NCBI GenBank assembly: GCA_034780895.1
Contig: JAUZTB010000064.1
Span: forward strand, 53,619,716-53,683,715
Source: Rhynchobatus australiae
Lineage: Eukaryota
Direction of reading: 5' to 3'
Length of the DNA stretch: 64,000 nt
This document shows, one piece after another, positions 60,576 through 64,000 of the stretch. The notes beneath the pieces are model-generated. The model searched no databases. It was not told the origin of the DNA and was given only the letters and a program-made list of their open reading frames with translations. The position numbers and the translations under genes were made by a program. Each line of letters begins with the position of its first letter. The first letter of the stretch is position 1.

Positions 60576-63500
60576 TGCCAATCACAAATACTAAGCTCCA
60601 TAACAATTTCCCCTCACCTCAACCCAGCTGCTATGTTTTTGTCTGTTATTCCAATGCCAAATTTTGCTGTCCATATCCTATCCCAGAATAATTTCCAATA
60701 TGGTCTCTGAACTAATTTGATTATCACTCCCTCCTGATTCCAATTTAAAATTCTCTACCTTAAATTCAGACTTATGACCCCGTGTTCCCTGATATCTATA
60801 ACTTTCCGCAGAGCCATAATTTGCCAAAAACTTTTCATTTCTGCAGATCTGACCTCTTGTGCATCTTAAGTTTTAATTGCTCCACATTTGCTGCTTGTGA
60901 ATTCACTTCTAAGATTCCCTCTCTGGTCTTGCTCACTACTCTGCTTCTCTCTGATTTTAAGAACCTGATAAAGATTTACCATTTTGATCAAGCTTTTCAT
61001 CATCCATCCCTATGTCATTTTAATTTGCTCTTTGTTTTTGTCTGATTACACTCCTGTAAATCACTTTGGGGCATTCATTTTCATTAAAGAAACCATATAA
61101 ATGCAAGTTGTGATATTTGAACCCCCTATCGATCTGTAATGAANNNNNNNNNNGTAATGAAAATGAACAGCAACAAATTCAGTACAGTCCTCTATTCTTA
61201 AATGAACCCAGTCAGATTTGGTTGGATTAATGATATAACTTCAACTCACTATCTGTGCAGCTTAATAACTCTTCCAAAAACCTATGTGGTTTTCTTCAAT
61301 GTGCATGGAAGATTTGTTACCCAGAGGTCGTGAGTTCAAATCCCACCTTAGAATGTTTAGAAATGGAAATTGTTAACTCTGGCAATGTGTGGGCTGGCTG
61401 CTGACAAAAACAAGGCCATGAAACCTGAGACTGCAAGTAAAACCATTGATTCAGAAACGTCCTTTAGGGACATGCACNNNNNNNNNNNNNNNNNNNNNNN
61501 NNNNNNNNNNNNNNNNNNNNNNNNNNNNNNNNNNNNNNNNNNNNNNNNNNNNNNNNNNGCCCTTCTCAATTCCCTCCTTTCATCAAATTCCCACATTACC
61601 ACTTCCCTTCTCTAGTTCTCCCATTTACGGGTGCACTCCCCCAATCCCCTCCCAAATATGAATACCTTTCTCCAATTTCATTCCTGACATCATTTTCTTA
61701 TTTCCTATTTAGAGCTGCCATCATGTAATTTGCTATTTTGTGATGTCTTCCCCTTTCCCCCAATTTCCTCCTATCTAGTATGATCTACCTGTGACTCTAA
61801 CCACATACTATGTGATTATGTTCCCTGAAGTGATCTGGAAAAACACTAAAATATTTCCTCTCAAGGGAGACAGGCCTGACAATCAGGCTGGCTTCCTGGC
61901 AGAAACCCTATTGGAAAATAATTCACATTGGCTGGACTTAAGGTTTCTTGGGGAACACTCCTTCCCCCACTTCTGCTTCAAAATCCTGCTCCAGTCAAGA
62001 TTTGAACCATCATGTCTCTCCACTCTTAGCAATGTTTCCATTTCTCTGATTTGATTTGCAGTGCCAGTTTCCTGACTATTTAAACCCTAATCCATTAATC
62101 CTCCTCAATTTGTGCTCTTCNNNNNNNNNNNNNNNNNNNNNNNNNNNNNNNNNNNNNNNNNNNNNNNNNNNNNNNNNNNNNNNNNNNNNNNNNNNNNNNN
62201 NNNNNNNNNNNNNNNNNNNNNNNNNNNNNNNNNNNNNNNNNNNNNNNNNNNNNNNNNNNNNNNNNNNNNNNNNNNNNNNNNNNNNNNNNNNNNNNNNNNN
62301 NNNNNNNNNNNNNNNNNNNNNNNNNNNNNNNNNNNNNNNNNNNNNNNNNNNNNNNNNNNNNNNNNNNNNNNNNNNNNNNNNNNNNNNNNNNNNNNNNNNN
62401 NNNNNNNNNNNNNNNNNNNNNNNNNNNNNNNNNNNNNNNNNNNNNNNNNNNNNNNNNNNNNNNNNNNNNNNNNNNNNNNNNNNNNNNNNNNNNNNNNNNN
62501 NNNNNNNNNNNNNNNNNNNNNNNNNNNNNNNNNNNNNNNNNNNNNNNNNNNNNNNNNNNNNNNNNNNNNNNNNNNNNNNNNNNNNNNNNNNNNNNNNNNN
62601 NNNNNNNNNNNNNNNNNNNNNNNNNNNNNNNNNNNNNNNNNNNNNNNNNNNNNNNNNNNNNNNNNNNNNNNNNNNNNNNNNNNNNNNNNNNNNNNNNNNN
62701 NNNNNNNNNNNNNNNNNNNNNNNNNNNNNNNNNNNNNNNNNNNNNNNNNNNNNNNNNNNNNNNNNNNNNNNNNNNNNNNNNNNNNNNNNNNNNNNNNNNN
62801 NNNNNNNNNNNNNNNNNNNNNNNNNNNNNNNNNNNNNNNNNNNNNNNNNNNNNNNNNNNNNNNNNNNNNNNNNNNNNNNNNNNNNNNNNNNNNNNNNNNN
62901 NNNNNNNNNNNNNNNNNNNNNNNNNNNNNNNNNNNNNNNNNNNNNNNNNNNNNNNNNNNNNNNNNNNNNNNNNNGGGAGAATATACAAACTCCTTACTGA
63001 TAGTGTATCTATAATATATCAAAATGGATTAAAACTTTCCTTCTATTTTATCTTTTTTAGCCATCTAATTTTAACCTCTCTGGCTCATAGGGACTATGGC
63101 ATTAATTTTTGTATTAAAAGGAAAAGCCTTAAAGGTTACTCTGAAACCTTTAGGACCTTAACCTTTAATGAAAAAATTAGCATTGAACTCCCTCTGGGAG
63201 ATTTCTATCCAATGTGGCTCCTCCCCCTTCTAAGAAGGTTTCTAAACCCACTCTTATGTTTTTCATCATGGTACATGGGAGATAACACACGCTCAAATCT
63301 CTCAATTATGTTGGGTATCAAATCCCAATGCTCCAAATAAGGAATTCAATACCGTAATCACTCATGTTTACGTTAAGTCTTTTTTGTCCTTCCTTCTGTT
63401 TTGCTCTCATCATCAACATCAGGAACTGGGTAATTGTTACACAAGTCCGGAGACCTAAGGGTCTCCTGAAATGGTTCCTCTTGCTTCCTTTTGTTATGTT

Positions 63501-64000
63501 TCACTGATTCTCCCCATATTTTAACTCAGCAACACTTTCCTCAAGCAACAGAACTCTCTGTAATACCAAACAGCTTTACTCCTCCTGGATCCTTTGTGAA
63601 TCTGCAGAAACGTAAACCATCAATTCGGAATGCCTCACCCATGATAGTATTACTCTGGATTTAATTATTTGGATTAAATTTTGCCTTCGTCTTCACGTGT
63701 TCCCTTTCACCTTCACCTTCAGGCCAAATCTGCTTAATCAACAATTTCCTGTCCAGACCTAACTCTGTCAGCATTTCACCAAATTAACATTTTTTCCGCT
63801 CAGGAAATTTCCAGCTGTAACAGTCCAAATTTATTTCTGTAAAATGGAACCTAATGAGCCACCCAGTTATTTGTTGCATTCTTTAATTCAGGCAGAACAA
63901 TAAATCCAATCAAGTTAATTTAATGAAATCTGAAGTCCATGTATTTAATTGACGGAGAAGGCCAGTTAACACAATCATCACACAGCTTTAACACATTTAA

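Noticed and set aside
62056-63022. ORFs of ~300 aa, and similar ones at 2.5-3.0, 7.0-7.4, 40.4-41.3, 45.3-45.8 and 57.8-58.2 kb
   Set aside because: Their length comes from N runs (assembly gaps).

Overview
AT-rich, repeat-rich vertebrate genomic DNA from a gapped draft assembly, most likely a cartilaginous fish (inferred from HE1-like tRNA SINEs and abundant CR1, Rex1/Babar and Penelope elements). No long ORF in the track is a gene; they are N-gap artefacts or retroelement remnants. Reading splice signals by hand reveals a minus-strand multi-exon gene of about 20 exons spanning roughly 44.8 kb to 1.0 kb. Nine consecutive exons (29399 to 18520) have GT-AG boundaries with matching phases and splice into 293 stop-free codons. 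Flanking exons carry stops or frameshifts, so the locus looks like a decaying (unitary) pseudogene, although assembly errors are not excluded. The predicted protein appears to be a helical trunk followed by a beta-rich appendage. Several motifs are collinear with TPLATE (beta-adaptin/beta-COP-like large subunit of the TSET complex) as I recall its sequence. TSET is regarded as lost in animals, so this is the main lead, but it is an unverified by-eye inference. The rest is retroelements (some nested, with target-site duplications), Penelope ends with hammerhead-ribozyme cores, and one MITE.
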